The translations under genes were made by a program, and so were the position numbers. The notes below the pieces were generated by a model. That model was not told the DNA's origin and ran no database searches. It was given only the letters and a program-made list of their open reading frames with translations. From assembly GCA_965153355.1 (NCBI GenBank), contig OZ231126.1:29946001-30010000 (forward strand): 64,000 bases of DNA, in the 5' to 3' direction. This document shows positions 47,456 to 62,099 of the stretch, piece after piece; positions within the stretch are counted from its first letter, which is position 1, and each line of letters opens with the position of its first letter. This DNA is from Flaccisagitta enflata (taxonomy: Eukaryota).

Positions 47456-48824
47456 AATCTCTTGACAACGGTAACGGTTTCTATCACAAAACAGATGCCC
47501 AGTGGCGTGTGGGGAATCTGAGTTTGTTAACCGACTTTATCACCATAAGGCTGGCCAGTGCAGGGGCGTGTTTGAAAATATCCTACCACAAAATGGCTGC
47601 ATAGCGGCATGCGGGTTAAATGAGTTTGTAAACCGTTTCTTTCACAAAACGGCTCCCTTGTTGCGCAGTAGCTTCTCTCGGAGTAGATTGAACCATTAGG
47701 CATTACCACAAAATGGCCACCTTCAGGTGCATCAGGAAACCGATTGCTGAATGTCGACTGAATAAACAGAGTTGAGATTCGATATAAACCTGATCTTCCG
47801 TACACTGAAGAACAAACGGACCGACTGATCGACTTACTATCTAGGAAAAAAGTTTTGCAACACATATGGAGTTATGGTTGATGGTGTGCTTTTCTCCTCA
47901 TGTGCTCAAAACTGATGTTCTTGATTGTTTTTGGTTATTTTTGTATTGATACTAACCACAACAAAAGAGAACAAGGCCGGATACACGGCTACCCCAGTTG
48001 CGTGCGGGTGGGCAGGGGCCATAATTGAGGTCAGTGGAACATTTGGGCAGGAGCAATAAGGCCAAAAACCTCATTAAGGCCGAAAAAGTAAAGTGTGACG
48101 GACCGACGGACCGACGGACCGACTGACCAACGGACCGACGGACCGACAGACCGACGGACCGACCGACAAAGCCGGGTAGCACGCGACTAAAAACCATCTT
48201 CAATCCAATTTAAAGGACAAGAGGTTGCCAATCTGAACTTACTGAGACAGCTTTATTTGGCCCGGGCGGTGCTTATGATATCCAATGAGCACAAAAATTG
48301 AGTAACTGACACTGCTAACAGCTTCCAACACCTACTCACAACATAGAAAAAATAAGCAAAATCATGTCCTCAGATCGGTACATATTCTGACGACCCTGGA
48401 CCATAAAAATCTGAGAAAAAATTAGACTTCTGGGTAAAGTAGATGCGTACTAATGACTGTGCGATTTCAAATGTTCACTGGAAGCCATTTTAAGTAGGTT
48501 AATCAAATCGAGTCAAATGTGAAGATAGCAAGAAATGGGTAAATCTCAAAAATCAAATCGGGTGGCCCTTCACTACCCCTGTCCGATATCACATATAAAA
48601 TTCTATGCCTTTTTGAGATCAGGAACATGTAAAAAACGTACCGCTAATTTCCACTACCCCAACTTGATTAGTACTGATTTGAATTGGGTAACATGTGTTT
48701 CAATTGATTCAGCCTTTGTTGTTGTTGTTTCTGGCCAGTAGCTTGGTAACTCGTTGCTAGGAAAACACACAACTTCGCATTTCAGTGCAGCATGCTTCCT
48801 AATGTAGAGTGATGCGATGACTAT

Positions 48825-49128
48825 TAGCTTAACAATGATTCATGCAATGTCATAGAAAAGTTCTCTATCAGAGGGATATGGCCCAAAATCATGTTTACAG
48901 ATGGTCCATGGAAAAAAATTTGGCCCTGAAACCCCTGTAAATTGGCGCCCCCACCGCCCCCCTTTCCCATGATAAAACATAGGCAAAAATCCTTCCTGTA
49001 CATTTTCAATGGGATATGAGGGGGGTGGCGGCGGTAATTTTTAGAGGATCATCTGTGTACATGATTTTGAGTCATATCCCTTTGATAGAGAACTTTCCTA
49101 TGACTTTGCCTGAACCCTTGTTATGCTA
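48825..49128. mobile_element. hAT-like MITE with ~85-bp TIRs
   Basis: Ends tagcttaacaa...ttgttatgcta; perfect 8-bp TSD atgactat at 48817-48824 and 49129-49136. Confidence 0.85.
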
Positions 49129-52035
49129 ATGACTATTTCGGTTATGTAATGCTATATTAATAGTGATTCAATCATAGAGACTTGAGCACCTCGAAATATG
49201 TTGCTTGTACATCATGTTAATCACCAGAAACTTAATTATTGATTTTTCTCACGTGAGACAACTTGAAGCCCTTAATTCGTTTACCACAACTCGAAGGACT
49301 TATGAGGTAGCTGCGGTAAAAATAGTAGATTTCGGTAATTTTGGCTGCAAAATTGGCCTACTTCTCTTTGCAAATCTGACTAAAAATCCATGCGATTATA
49401 GAACTAAAGCTCAAGAGCTAACAAGTGGTGCAATCCGCATGTTTCTTTATGAAATTTGAGAGCATTTCTAAGATGAAAAGTTAGGAAAAAATAAAATTCC
49501 TATTTTTCTCCCATTTTTGAAAGTACATGATCAACTTCAAACGGTTTGATGCACAGCGACGAGATTTCACTCAGGTTGTAGTTTTTGTTGTCATGGATTA
49601 AAATGCTTATGAATTTTATCTATCTATTTAATCAAGAGGTTGAGATATCTCTCTTTAAAGGTGTTGCCAAACATATTTCCTAGATAGTAAGAAGTCGCGG
49701 GTCGAATAATAAGGCGGGTTTGAAGATGTCAATCACCGCGCATTGGAATTGATACATTGTGCTTCTCGAGGAAAATGAGTTGAAAAGATTGTAAACGAGA
49801 TAAATGTAGGATGTTTAAGCTCAGCCTTAGTGTTTTGAGGTAGAGTGGTAAGAGGAGGCGGGGGCTGGAGCATTGCCCCCTTCCGCCAAGAGGCCACTCT
49901 TTTTTATTGCAGTTTTCCTTCATACTGCCCCTGTCCACTCGCATTGCTGCCCCTTCTCACCCGCAAGCGACTACTTATCGGCCGTGTATCCGGCCTTGTT
50001 TCTTTTACAGACCATTTTGCCGCCTTTATGAAAATTTGCTTTGCCCTCCAAGGTTCCATATTATTGCGTCTTCATGGGTTTTGATTTGGTCTCATCGAAA
50101 TCAGAGCTGAGAGGAAATTTGACCTTCCTGACGGAAAGGAAGTAACAAAGAAACACATGCTGCCACACGGTTCCTTTTCACCCCCCTCCCCCACCCTTTC
50201 CGCAGGATAACGGCAAAGAAACACCTGCTGGCGTATGGCAACTGTTTACCCCCCCCCCCCCTTCCGAAGGATAACGAGATAAAGAGGGATGATTTGGAAG
50301 GGCAACAAGGTCGGATTTACGGCAAACAAAGTCGCGTGCGGGTGGACAAAAGCATTGGAAACAATGTTCAGTTAAATCCTACAGACGGATTTCAAGGAAC
50401 CAACAAGGTCTATCTGTTATAGATGGAATTCTGTCAATGCCAACACGAAATTAAAGAAAACATGTTGAAAGGACCACGAATTTTCATCTGTTAAGGGAGG
50501 AATTTCGTTGGTGGCGGGCCTGGTGGAGTGGGTGAAATTGAGTTCAACCAACCGACCAAATAGTTGCGTTAAGAGTAGCGTAGCAGGCGACTAAAAATAG
50601 AAAGAAATGAAATGAAGACGGGAACGATTGTTTGGGAAGGAGAAGAAAGTTGAGAATGGAGGCAGGCAAGTTTAGGACATTAAAGAAAGGAAAATATTTA
50701 ATTCAATCCAAATGCCGACGTTAGAAAAGGGAAAGAAAAGAGAGGACGCAAGAAGAGAAAGGAAAGAAAAGAAAAGACAGACCGTGGATAAGGGAAGACA
50801 GATAGAAAAAAGACGGGAGGGGAAAAGACTGAAAAAAAGAAAAGACAGGTAGAGAAACCACCAAAGAAAGGACAACATAAAAGACAAAAGAGAAAGAGAA
50901 GAAAAACAAGGTCATTAGGCTAACGTCGGGTGCGTTGGCACTTTCAGAAAAAGTCAGATAGAAACTTCACTATATCTTTTTCTTTTTTTAAAACTTTCCT
51001 ACCCATTTTAACATGTCCTAACACTGAAACTACCTATAAAATGATCTTTTAAAAAAAATGAACAACTGCAGACGCACAGATGGACCGACGCGACGGATGG
51101 ACCGACGGACCAAGAAGTGGCCTATAGAGACACGTAGCGCGTAGCAAGCGACTGAAAAAAACACAGCAGAGAAAAGTGAAGACAAAAGGCAAACGATAAA
51201 AGAAAAGATTAAAAAACCAAATATCCAATCCAAACATTAAAACTAGTTTTTATTGGGTCGCCGACGGAAAGACAAAGATGAGAAACACAAATTCCATTCT
51301 ATATTCTGCTTCGCTTGATCCGCTTTTCTTTCTTTCATTGTTCATGTCACTGCTACAGTCCTACTACTCTATCTCCAGTTCTATCTCAATTCTCCATCGT
51401 TACTATGCAGAATTTGTTAAAAGAAGCACATTGAATTAAAAGAAGAAAAGATAGCGGCGAAGTTGGAAAGAAAGAAAGAAACAAAGAAAGAAAGAAAGAA
51501 ACTAAGAAGGAAACCAAGAAGGAAACAAAGAAAAAACAAAGAAGGAAACAAACAAGAAAAGAGAAAAAGAGAGAAAGTCAAAATCGGAGAATAAAGCAAG
51601 ATGGAAAAACAAGTAACACAGGGTTGAAATATCGTCGCGGACACATTCATACACAAAAACTGCATCTAATACGCGCGTTTCCAAACTTTTATACCCATGG
51701 AAACGCAAGACGGACAGACTGACGGACAGACAGATTGACGGACAGAGAAAAGAAAATGAAACAAGCGCATCAACATGCAAAGAAAACAAAGAAACATAGA
51801 AAATATTTGAGATTCAAGAAACAAATCTCAGCGAAGGTGATAACAACCTCTAACTAGAAACGAGCTGAGAATAAATTGTTTCATTTATGCGACGGACGAC
51901 GTCCCCAGGAAATAAGAAAGACAAAGAAGACTTAGGGTCGACCCTCTAACCTCGTTATCTATCTTCATGAAGAGGGCGTTGCTACATGTTGTTTTCTGCT
52001 AGAATAGAAAAGGATACTATTTATAACGTTATCCG

Positions 52036-52140
<105 letters not shown>

Positions 52141-53069
52141 TTGGTTGGTTGGTTGGTTGGTTGGTTGGTCGGTTGGTTGGATGGTTGGTTGGTTTAACAT
52201 GAATGTATGAGCGATCTGTTGTTTTTTGTAACCGGTTTTTTTTCATTATTTTTTTAAAAATTTTTTCTCATCTATTTATTTAGATCCTATTAATTCACTA
52301 ATGGCAACAAATGCAAAACGAGTAACGCAAAACTAAAACATGCCGTCTTCGTTGTTTTGTTTTGTTTTTATTTTTTTCCTTTTTTTGCTAGTTTTTCTTT
52401 TCATTCTTGTTTTTGTTTTTGTTCAGCGAGTCTTCTCGCGAATTGTCAACAATGATTCCATTCTTTGTTGTCCCTTTGTACACATTCGGGATTCTGTGAC
52501 AGGTTTGATTTGAAAGCAAATACGAAGAAACATGAAAACTTTTGATTGAAAAGCTTCTTTGTTTCTATTTTCCAACTCAAAAAAATCACATCGTCATTAC
52601 CGCCTGATAAGGCCTGGAGGCTGATTCAGGCATTCATGATTGATAGATCTCCAAGGTCTGTTTGCTGTTTTGAGAAGACATGAACGGCAAATGATTGAGT
52701 AGGAGGTGAAGTTTGATGCTTTTATGATGAATGATAAGATGAGTAAGAAGGCCGCTTATGAAAGGGTCATTAGTTGTTTGATCGATCGACGGACTGACCG
52801 ACTGCGCTGCAAAAGGGTCACGTGAACTCGAATTGAATAGAAAAAAACCTCAATGTAGAATTATTTTACTTCGTATCTTTGTCTAGATTTATCTGGCAGG
52901 TGACAGTTTCACGGGTTGTGATTCCACATCAACTATCGATGATTCACCGCGCAGCTGGATCTGTCATGACTCTGTCCATTTTTCTTTTCATTCTTTCGTT
53001 CGTCTATTCATTCATTCATTCATTCATTCATTCATTCATTCATTCATTCATTCATTCATTCATTCATTC

Positions 53070-53109
<40 letters not shown>

Positions 53110-53389
53110 TTTCTTCTATTCATTCTCTCATTCAAACAGTCATTCGAATTGCTATTCATTGACATTTCTCCACAAAAGTAAAATTTCATTTTTTTACACA
53201 TTACGCGTATATCATGACGATGGCGCATGATATATATAAGACTATGACGCAATCACTTTCACATACTGTTCTCCTGAGACCCAGCCACCCTTGTATCTAC
53301 CCTTTGCTCTCCTCTCTTGAAGGATGAAGACGAGCTCAGTTACAAAGTCATTTGCGTCAAAAACTGCCTACCGATGGATGGTGGAACCA

Positions 53390-53514
<125 letters not shown>

Positions 53515-55033
53515 TAGAGAGTCAAAGAGAGAGAGTCAGAGAGAGAGAGAGAGTCAGAGAGAAACAAGAGAGATTTACAATAGCTGTAACTCAGTGACGC
53601 AAACATAATTCAGACGTAATAAAAGGTTATAACGTTGGAAGTAATGAGCAGAAAACTCCTTCGGATCCTCTTCTTATTTTGGGTGGCGTCTTCGACAGAA
53701 TTATTTCCTCCTTCCTCATCTGATTCACCTTTTTCGCAGCCCCTCGGCCCTCCCCAGTTCCCTCGCCAGTTCCCTCTCTGGTTTCCTCCCCACCCTCTCC
53801 CCGGGTCACCTTCCCAGTCCCCTTTAAAAAAGCATCTCTTTCTCTGTTCTCCGTCCCTCCCCTTTTCCCGCTCCAGTGCTCTCCCCGCTCTTCTTCCCAG
53901 TCCGCTCTCTATCAGCTGTGTCACCATCTCTTCCCTTGTCTGTCTCCATCCTTCCCCCTCCCCTTCTGTTCAGTCCCGACCTCAGTGCTCTCCTCGGTTT
54001 CCTACCCGATCGATGATCGATTGATTAGTGATCATTCTGTAATGATGCCTAATAGATGATTTGTCAGTTCCAACAATAGCGTTTGGTCCAAAATAATGGA
54101 CGAGTTATTAAATGGACTGATGAATGGATTGATTGATGGATGAATGGATGGATGAATAAATGGATGGATAGATACATGGATGGATGAATTGATGATTGGG
54201 TGGATGGATGGATTGAACGATGAGGAAAAGTAAGAAGGACGAATCTTTGCTCTCAATAACTTCTTGTATCCATTACTATTTTATGATTCTTTGAGATAAA
54301 TATTTTCCACTTTAATAATTTTCCTTTAGGCTCTGCTTAAACAGCAAATGGCAAGAGATAATTGCAGCCTTTGCAGTCTTTTTTTTCGCGTGTTTTAGAC
54401 TTAATCATCTTCTATCTCACCAGTCAAATCTGTCAAAAACACTCGGCTAAGCTTCGGGCGAAGCTGCCATTTCAGTCTTCCCTTCAGATCCATTTCATTC
54501 GTAATTTCGACGATCCACTATCAACATTGCCATGAACGCAATCTAAGGTTCTCGCCCTTTACTTGTATATCCTAGGTCTGAATATTACAATCAAATGATA
54601 TCACTTGATCTAAGCTTCTTTGGCTTCACGGCTCCACGAATCCAAGTGTATATCTTCCCCACTGTTTTATTCCCCCCCCCCCTCTCTCTCTCTCGCCGTC
54701 ATCCAGCACCATTTCCAATATCTACCTAGGTCTCATCCATTTACCGTTCTGCAGAACAAACTTGATATTCAAACGTTGGTTTGTTCGTTTTTAAAGCTCT
54801 TATTACATCAACAATTCGATGTACAAGTAACTACCGCAACAACGAGTACGAGAGTAATGGAAATCTACCAACACATTAGGGAAAAAAATATAGTAAGTCT
54901 TTAAACAAATTTCTTTTTCATAATAGTAGATACAGAGTTAATATTCATTGGTTGTTCGAGGTCCGTTATTGCGGAGGATAACTGTATCAAATTTGTGCTG
55001 AAGAATATATGATAACAATATATCATTTGTATA

Positions 55034-55208
55034 CAGTTGAACCCCGCTCTAATGGACCCGCTACCAACGGAATTCTGTTATAACAGATGCAAATTCATAC
55101 TCTCTTCCAGTTAATTTCATTTATTTTCTTTGTTGGCAATAACATAAGTTGCCCATAACAGAGGAAAATTGTTAGTCCCCTGAAATCCGTTAAAGCGGGG
55201 TTCAACTG
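55034..55208. mobile_element. pogo/Tigger-like MITE
   Basis: TIR cagttgaaccccgct...agcggggttcaactg flanked by TA; degraded relative near 50369-50550. Confidence 0.85.
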
Positions 55209-55689
55209 TATCCTCATTTTATCCGACTATTGTATTGCTACTGTCGTCAAATTAGACGCTTTATTTTATCCAACGCACTTATTTAATTGAGGAGAAAAAA
55301 ATGAAGAGAAACAAGAAAAAAAAAAGACACAGCCTCGATATGATAACGAGGCTCTTAGAGGGCTTTGAAGGGCTTCAAAGTGTTTAAAAAAGAGGTACTC
55401 ACATCCCTGCAGATAAAGCGTCATTGCGAAGCTTCACAAGTTTTTTTTAACGTCGTTGAGAAGCGCAGTTTTCCTCTTTTTCCCTCTCTGTGCTGTCACT
55501 CGAATCTGTCAATGAAATGGTTTAATGAATATTTAATGAATCCATGTTGATATATGACGAGCAATTAAGATGGTTGAATAACCAAAGGGGGCGGGGGGAG
55601 GAGGAGGAACGGCGGAACGACAACAATAATTACGTTTTAAGAAAATGATGATGTTGATGAAAATAAGTACAGCGTAAGTAAATTAAGGA

Positions 55690-55778
55690 ATGAATTTATG
55701 AATGAATGAATGAATGAATGAATGAATGAATGAATGAATGAATGAATGAATGAATGAATGAATGAATAAATAAATAGA

Positions 55779-55809
<31 letters not shown>

Positions 55810-55834
55810 AGAAAGAAATAAATAAATAGATAGA

Positions 55835-55885
<51 letters not shown>

Positions 55886-55910
55886 ATGAATGAGTGAATA
55901 AATGAATGAC
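55690..55910. repeat. (GAAT)n-(AAAT)n microsatellite
   Basis: Direct reading. Confidence 0.95.
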
Positions 55911-56351
55911 CAAATAGATACATTATTGAACTTAAGTTTACGCTGGTCGAACAATGGCGAAAAAATACACAAGCATGAAAGGAATGAAATTGAAAAGCGT
56001 ATTTGAATCATAATTCGCAAAAAATGGGCACACTTTGAATACAATTTGATCTCTCTGGGCCAACTGAAACTGGTCTTCATGATTATCATACTAAAGAGTT
56101 TCTTACGCCAAATTGTTTGACATGTGCTAGCGTTAAGTTCAGCGCATCGTGTATATGTTGTCATGGTGGCTCCGATAACAAGGAAAAATCTACTTGTTAA
56201 TGAAAGGCAATAATGGGTGTAAACAACTTCACCGACCAAAAGAAGAGGCATGGCAATTAATCTCGAGGATGACAGAAGCAAGCGATAAAGAAGACTAACG
56301 ATGGTCGCACTGCCGCGCCATTGTTCAACCGCGGGAGTTGAATCAAACGGG

Positions 56352-56582
56352 AACAAGGCCGGATACACGGCTACCCCAGTCCGTGCGGGTGGGCAGGGGC
56401 TGTATTGGAGGTCACTTAATCATTTGGGCAGGAGCAGTTAGGCCATAGACCGCAAAAAGAAAAAGTAAAGTGTGACGGACGGACGGACGGACTGACGGAC
56501 CGACGGACGGACGGACGGACCGACGTACCGACGGATGGACCGACAAAGCGGGGTGTAGAGTCGCGTAGCACGCGACTAAAAA
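56352..56582 (+). mobile_element. Non-autonomous repeat family B (Helentron/DINE-1-like), representative copy
   Basis: Head aacaaggccggatacacggctacccc..gcgggtgggcagggg; (GACG/GACC)n tract; terminal hairpin agtcgcgt-agc-acgcgact (56559-56577) then A-run. Copies near 5205-5350, 13450-13660, 14965-15115, 20693-20885, 35728-35852, 47970-48192, 50325-50595, 56818-57003, 59208-59405. Confidence 0.8.
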
Positions 56583-58009
56583 ACAAGGAAAGGAAAAAGA
56601 GCAACGATCGGTGCCTTAAGTTTCATGTTAATTGCTTAATCAAATTTTCTTTTTATTGTTCATATCGTTGTTAATTTGTTCAGTTCATATGAAAAGAAAG
56701 AAGAGACTTTCTTTAGTTAATACAAAGGCTTTGTCTTATTTATTACTTATCTTTCAGTTTCATGTACAGCCATTATAGGTTTTAAAAACGTTTGTTTGGA
56801 TATATATCCATGGATAAACAAGACCAGATTCACGGCTACCAAAGTTGCGGGTGGGTGGGCAATGCAGTAATGAAATAGGCTAACCAAGCAATAGGGCAGG
56901 GGCAGAGATGGAAAAACCGCTCATAAATGCCGAAAAAGCTTAGTGTGGACGACCAACGGAACGACAGACATAGCGGGTTATAGAGTCGCGTTCACGCAAC
57001 TGAAACACATCCCCTTATATAGGAACTCAATGCAGTATTGGTGGCGCCAAAGTGTGTTTTTGTAAAATACATCAATTGTTCAAATTGCATCAGAGTTTTC
57101 ATTCAATTTGGCAAACTAGAGAATGGAAACAAGATGAGGGTCGTTTTTTTTAAAGAGTTTGGTTGTTCAACTCGCTTTTGTTATCATCTAATAAAAAAGA
57201 AATAATAAAAAAAAGAACAGTGGCCGTCTAGACAGGTGAACAAATTGGGAGAAAAAAAATAAAAAGTGCACAAGATGGGAGAAAAAACAGATGTGTCAGA
57301 AAATTGAAATCAATGGAAGAAAAAAAAGCAAATGATAAGGTCAATATAAAATCAGGAAACAAATTATTGAACTAAAATAGCACAGGGAGAGTGTAATATA
57401 AGAAGCACCAAGCACCAACCCTACCATGCGGAGAAGATTAGTAACGACTGTCTACAACTCAGTGGTAGGGACTAGACACTATTCACTATTACGATCAAAT
57501 AAGTCATGCAGGTAATGTTAGAACATGATTATGAAATTCATTAGTGTCTAAGGACAATAGTTATCTTACCTTTTTGTGTTTGAAGACGTAGAAGATGTCA
57601 GGACCTTGCCTGATGCCTATCTTGATACAATAGTTTCCTTTTTTGTTTTCATTTCATTCTCAAGTTCGGGTAATATTCAAATGCTTTCTCCTGTGGTATT
57701 CTTTGTACCAAATCAATTCTTTTTCCAGTTTTCAAATTTGTTTCCTCATTTGCGTCATAGTTGATGATGCTGATACACGGTTTTTAATCCACAATCGATG
57801 GGACTATACTTGTTGCATTACAAGGTCGTATTGGTTAATTTGTTTTTAGCAAATTCCTTCTTCACAGAACAAAAAACAAAAGTTTTGTGGATGGAAATTG
57901 TTCATCGTATTTCCCTGATCCATTGATCCCTTGTGAATAATATGAATGATTTCTTTTAACGTTAATGATGTCAATGATGTAGCATTGAATGTAGAAGCAG
58001 TGACATGGA

Positions 58010-58464
58010 CAGTCAGCGGACAAAACGTGATAAGTATATATATCATACCATTGACTTTGATCCAACTCACTGGTTATAAACAAAATGATGTATGTAACAA
58101 TCAGTAATTGAAATTACAGCCAGCTGGAATGAAGAAAATGTTGTTTGCAATAATTGGTTGTTTGAATTACAGCCGGCTGTATTACTCCAATTTTATAAGA
58201 TTATAGCCAGCTATGATTTTAACAACCAGTTATTGCATACAAAATAGGGATGTGGAAGTGATTGACCGCTTCCGTTTTGGAGGATGGGATAGCTACTAGT
58301 ATTTGTACTACAAAATGGAAGCGGAAGCGGAAGCGGAAGCGGTGGAAGCGGCACTAAAATCGACCGCTTCCACATCCCTAATACAAAATTTTGTTTATTT
58401 TCAGTAAATTAGATAAAAGCTAATGGAATGATATATATACCTATCATGTTTTGTCCACTGACTG
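58010..58464. mobile_element. Older Tc1-like foldback MITE containing a nested hAT MITE (58245-58380)
   Basis: cagtcagcggacaaaacgtgataagtatatatatc... is the reverse complement of ...gatatatatacctatcatgttttgtccactgactg; the inner MITE has a perfect TSD atacaaaa. Confidence 0.8.
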
Positions 58465-58731
58465 TTGATAGACGAATCTGATCATTATAATGTAAAGAAT
58501 TCAAATGAATGATTTTAACGTATAGATGTAAAGATACAACTCATGAATGGCATAATGAATGGCTAAATGAATGGTTGAATACTAAAATCTATTGTTCTAA
58601 AGAAAAAACTTTTGAATGGCATAATGGCTGGTGATTTCTATCGTCTAATGGATGATGTTGATGATGTTTCGAGTGATGATCTTTGATAAAGAACAAACCG
58701 TCCTCAGAAATTATCATCCAGAATTCACATA

Positions 58732-59689
58732 CACTGTCTTTAAATCGAATTGAGTTACGTAAAACCTTTATAAATCCCAAACTACTTGGCAAAAAGTCTT
58801 CAAATTTTCAGAGAATGTTGGCAACATACTACGGTTTTGTTATACAAAACCTCAAAGTGGAGTATTAGACAGTTGAGGATTGGCTAAACATCAAATAAAA
58901 TTCACTTTTGAAGCAGTGACAATTCTTCCATATTTTCTTCCGCAAAAAAGCTTTCTTTATTTGCACGCTATTTCTAAAGAAATAAAGCTATAGCCCCAGG
59001 AAGGTTCTCAAATGGCAGACAATTTATTATAGATTTCAGTTCTGTCAAAAAGATTAAAAAAGTTAGAATGTGTCAAAAGGTTACAATTGATTTGAGAAAA
59101 AATTCTGCTGTCATGCAGACTTCAAATTCTGGAAAACTGATCAAAATCTTCATTAATGTAAAAAAATGGTCGAAAATTTTGCCAAAACTAAAAAATATGA
59201 TCGTTTTTTTAGTCCCGGACACGCGACTCTAGAACCTGCCGTGTTGGTCGGTCGGTCTGTCGGTTGGTTTGTCGGTCCGTAACATTTTTGATTTGCGAGT
59301 GATTTTGGCATTTCTGCCCCTGCCAAACAAAATGTGAGTGTATTTTTTGCTATACCACTCCTGCCCACCCATCCGCGACTGGGGGGGAGTGTATACGGCC
59401 CTGTTTCATTTGAAACCAGTCTCAGGGTTCCAGCTCATTGTATTTTGAAATGGTAAGTTTTTAATAATAACTTCTTTCAAAAAACCATATGAAATAAGTG
59501 ATTTTGCCCCTAAAAATCCACTTTTTTCAATGATTTGCTGATCCTCACCTTTCCATGTTCAAAAATTGAGGTTATGCTTAACAAAACCGTAGTATATTAC
59601 CAACATTCTCTGAAAATTTGAAGACTTTTTGCCAAGTAGTTTAGGATTTATAAAGGTTTAACATAACTCAATTCGATTTAAAGACGGTG
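58732..59689. mobile_element. Tc1/mariner-type non-autonomous element with ~125-bp TIRs and a nested family B copy
   Basis: ta|cactgtctttaaatcgaattgagtt...aactcaattcgatttaaagacggtg|ta. Confidence 0.88.
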
Positions 59690-60073
59690 TAATGACTCAC
59701 TGCAAAAGAAAGAGAAAAAACAAAATATTCAGAGCTCTCATCAATGCCAAACAATACAAAAAGGTCAATTTTCCCTTCCCATTTCGTTCAGTGTGAACTT
59801 GGTACATTACTCTCTCTCGTAGAATGCTACAGTAAATAACTAATCAGAAGGGGGTGCGGCCCAATCACAAAACCTGACAAATCTTGAAATTCTCCTCCTT
59901 AATAAGAACGACGGCTATTACTATCTTGCAAAAAAGTATAAACCACAAGATAGAATACAGTTCATTCATACATTCATCAACTGGTACGTTAAACATTTGC
60001 AAAATATAACTATGACTTTGTATGACTTCCCTGGGCAATAACTATAGCTTTTGTTAGCCTCGGTTTTCTTCCA

Positions 60074-60175
60074 TTAAGTGATAGAGGGTAAAGTGGTGTG
60101 ATGCTCTTCCACACCTTGAGAGCGATTCTCTTGAGCCTGCACCTGCAGCTCCAACTGCAGCTTTTTCATCTCTCT
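60074..60175 (-). CDS. Candidate terminal coding exon (REMKKLQLELQVQAQENRSQGVEEHHTTLPSIT*) of a gene extending beyond the window
   Basis: Acceptor ttgttatag; 102-nt phase-0 open frame to TAA; coiled-coil-like composition; no upstream exon identified. Confidence 0.45.
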   Translation of the reverse strand, partial: REMKKLQLELQVQAQENRSQGVEEHHTTLPSIT

Positions 60176-60534
60176 CTATAACAATACGATCAAATTAAGG
60201 CCTGTACTATTTCCAGGTCAACTTGACGCCAAATTTACACCAGAATGGCTCTATAGTCTTGGCAAAAAAAAAAAAAACGCATTTGTCTCTGCGAAATTGC
60301 GCATGGAGTGATGAAATTCGAAACGGCAATTTTTTCGCCATTTTCTACTTGAGGTAGCAATTTTTTTTGGTTGTCATTTCTGAACAACTGAATTTAGAGT
60401 GATGCGGTTTGCGCCATTAGATTGGAAATTCGATGAAGTTTCCTGGTATCACCAATTTTTCTATATTTGCATCATTCTTTAGGTAGTTATGCTTCATAAT
60501 GCTTGTGGTTACATATATTGGCAAGATAGTATTA

Positions 60535-60885
60535 AGGAGGGGAAAGTGGTAAAAAAGAAGCTATGCTTGAAGTGGAAAGGGCACATTTAGAAGTTCGCCG
60601 CAAATTTTTCTCCATTCGAGCGGCGAAAGAATGGAATGAACTTCCAAAAGAAACAAAAAAGTGCACGTCAATCAACGGCTTTAAGGATTCGTACGATAGA
60701 TAGATGGAGGAACAAAAACAATCGCTCTGAGGGGGCTGATATGACGACCGTTGCGGAGAACCAAATGAAAACGCGCTCTGAACGCGCAGACCAAGCCCTT
60801 CTCGATGATGATGGAACAATGTCCCCGCCATGTCGGCCAAAGGTGACCTAGGGGATGTATCTAATAAAATTAAATCAAATTAAAC
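60535..60885 (+). mobile_element. 5'-truncated CR1-clade LINE (ORF2 C-terminus + 3' UTR)
   Basis: 60563-60703 translates MLEVERAHLEVRRKFFSIRAAKEWNELPKETKKCTSINGFKDSYDR*, the CR1/L2-group R..FFS.R....WN.LP......S...FK terminal motif; A-rich tail at ~60863-60884. Confidence 0.85.
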
Positions 60886-60892
60886 CCCGTAA

Positions 60893-61120
60893 TCAGATTA
60901 AACCCCGGGGGTTGCTCGGGGTTGCTCGGGGTTGAACCCCGAGTAAACCCCAAGCAACCCAAGCTCTGGGTCGCTCGGGATCAGCTCGGGGTTGCTTTGT
61001 TAGAAACAATGACTACACTATGACAAAGAATACCATCAACCCCAGGCAACCCCGAGCAACCCCGAGTAACCCCGAGCAGAACCCGAGCGATTCCAAGCAA
61101 CCTCGGGATTTAATCTCACT
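60893..61120. mobile_element. Small inverted-repeat element with (gttgctcggg)n / (caaccccgag)n arms
   Basis: gattaaaccccggggg ttgctcgggg... mirrored by ...caacctcgggatttaatc. Confidence 0.65.
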
Positions 61121-61409
61121 GTTTTACGTTACACTTACATATTACCTAGTGCGTTTGATGCGATGAATGTCAGCAAATCGTAGAAGGGGTAGGTTTGCTT
61201 GTCAACCCGTCGGTCTGTCTGTCAGTCCGTCATACTTCATTCGAAACAAGGTTTTCTATCAGATATTGACTTCTATTGTGCACATTGTATGAGTCTTTAC
61301 AACTGCTGTAACAAGCGTTTCTCCTCAGATGTTTCAGAAGAGTTTTAGCTTGAAGACTCTCACGGTATTGTCAGTTATTAAGCCAACGAGAAAAAAACGT
61401 CAAACGAAT

Positions 61410-61677
61410 ACACAGACCACCAAATCCCCCTCTGATGGGAAATAAGCCCCTAGCAACACTTTATCCCGCTCAAGCCACCTGCACAGACCACCAAATCCCC
61501 CTCTGATGGGAAATAAGCCCCTAGCACCTACACCTACACAGACCACCGAATCCCACCCTGATGGGAAATAAGCCCCTAGCAACACTTTATCCCGCTCAAG
61601 CCACCTGCACAGACCACCAAATCCCCCTCTGATGGGAAATAAGCCCCTAGCAACACTTTATCCCGCTCAAGCCACCT
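61410..61677. repeat. ~71-bp tandem repeat, ~4 copies
   Basis: acagaccaccaaatccccctctgatgggaaataagcccctagcaacactttatcccgctcaagccacct repeated, one unit shortened. Confidence 0.9.
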
Positions 61678-61756
61678 CGAATATCGATAAACAAGAATCG
61701 ATGTTTGATCAGTAGATGGCCGATGAAGCGTTTGTAAAAAAGAGAGAGAGAGAGAA

Positions 61757-61883
<127 letters not shown>

Positions 61884-62099
61884 AATAAGAAAAACCCTCA
61901 TTACAAAAACAAGCAACCCCCGGCGATAATATCTCTAACGCGCGTTTCCACACATTAATCAACTTGAGCGTGACAGACGAACGAATGGAATAACGGACAA
62001 ATGGATCATTTAACGAAAGCACGTCTTAGAGAAAACGTCTTATGGACAAAACATTTTTTAGAGTTGCGTATCTGCAACTCATAACCGAGACAAACGCAG

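Noticed and set aside
54754-54891. Plus-strand exon candidate (ttctgcag ... gtaagt)
   Set aside because: Splice signals are present but there are no partner exons or homology; cannot be supported without RNA data.
55637-56368. 243-aa minus-strand ORF
   Set aside because: Begins in a family B repeat and ends in microsatellite; the middle has no recognisable domain.
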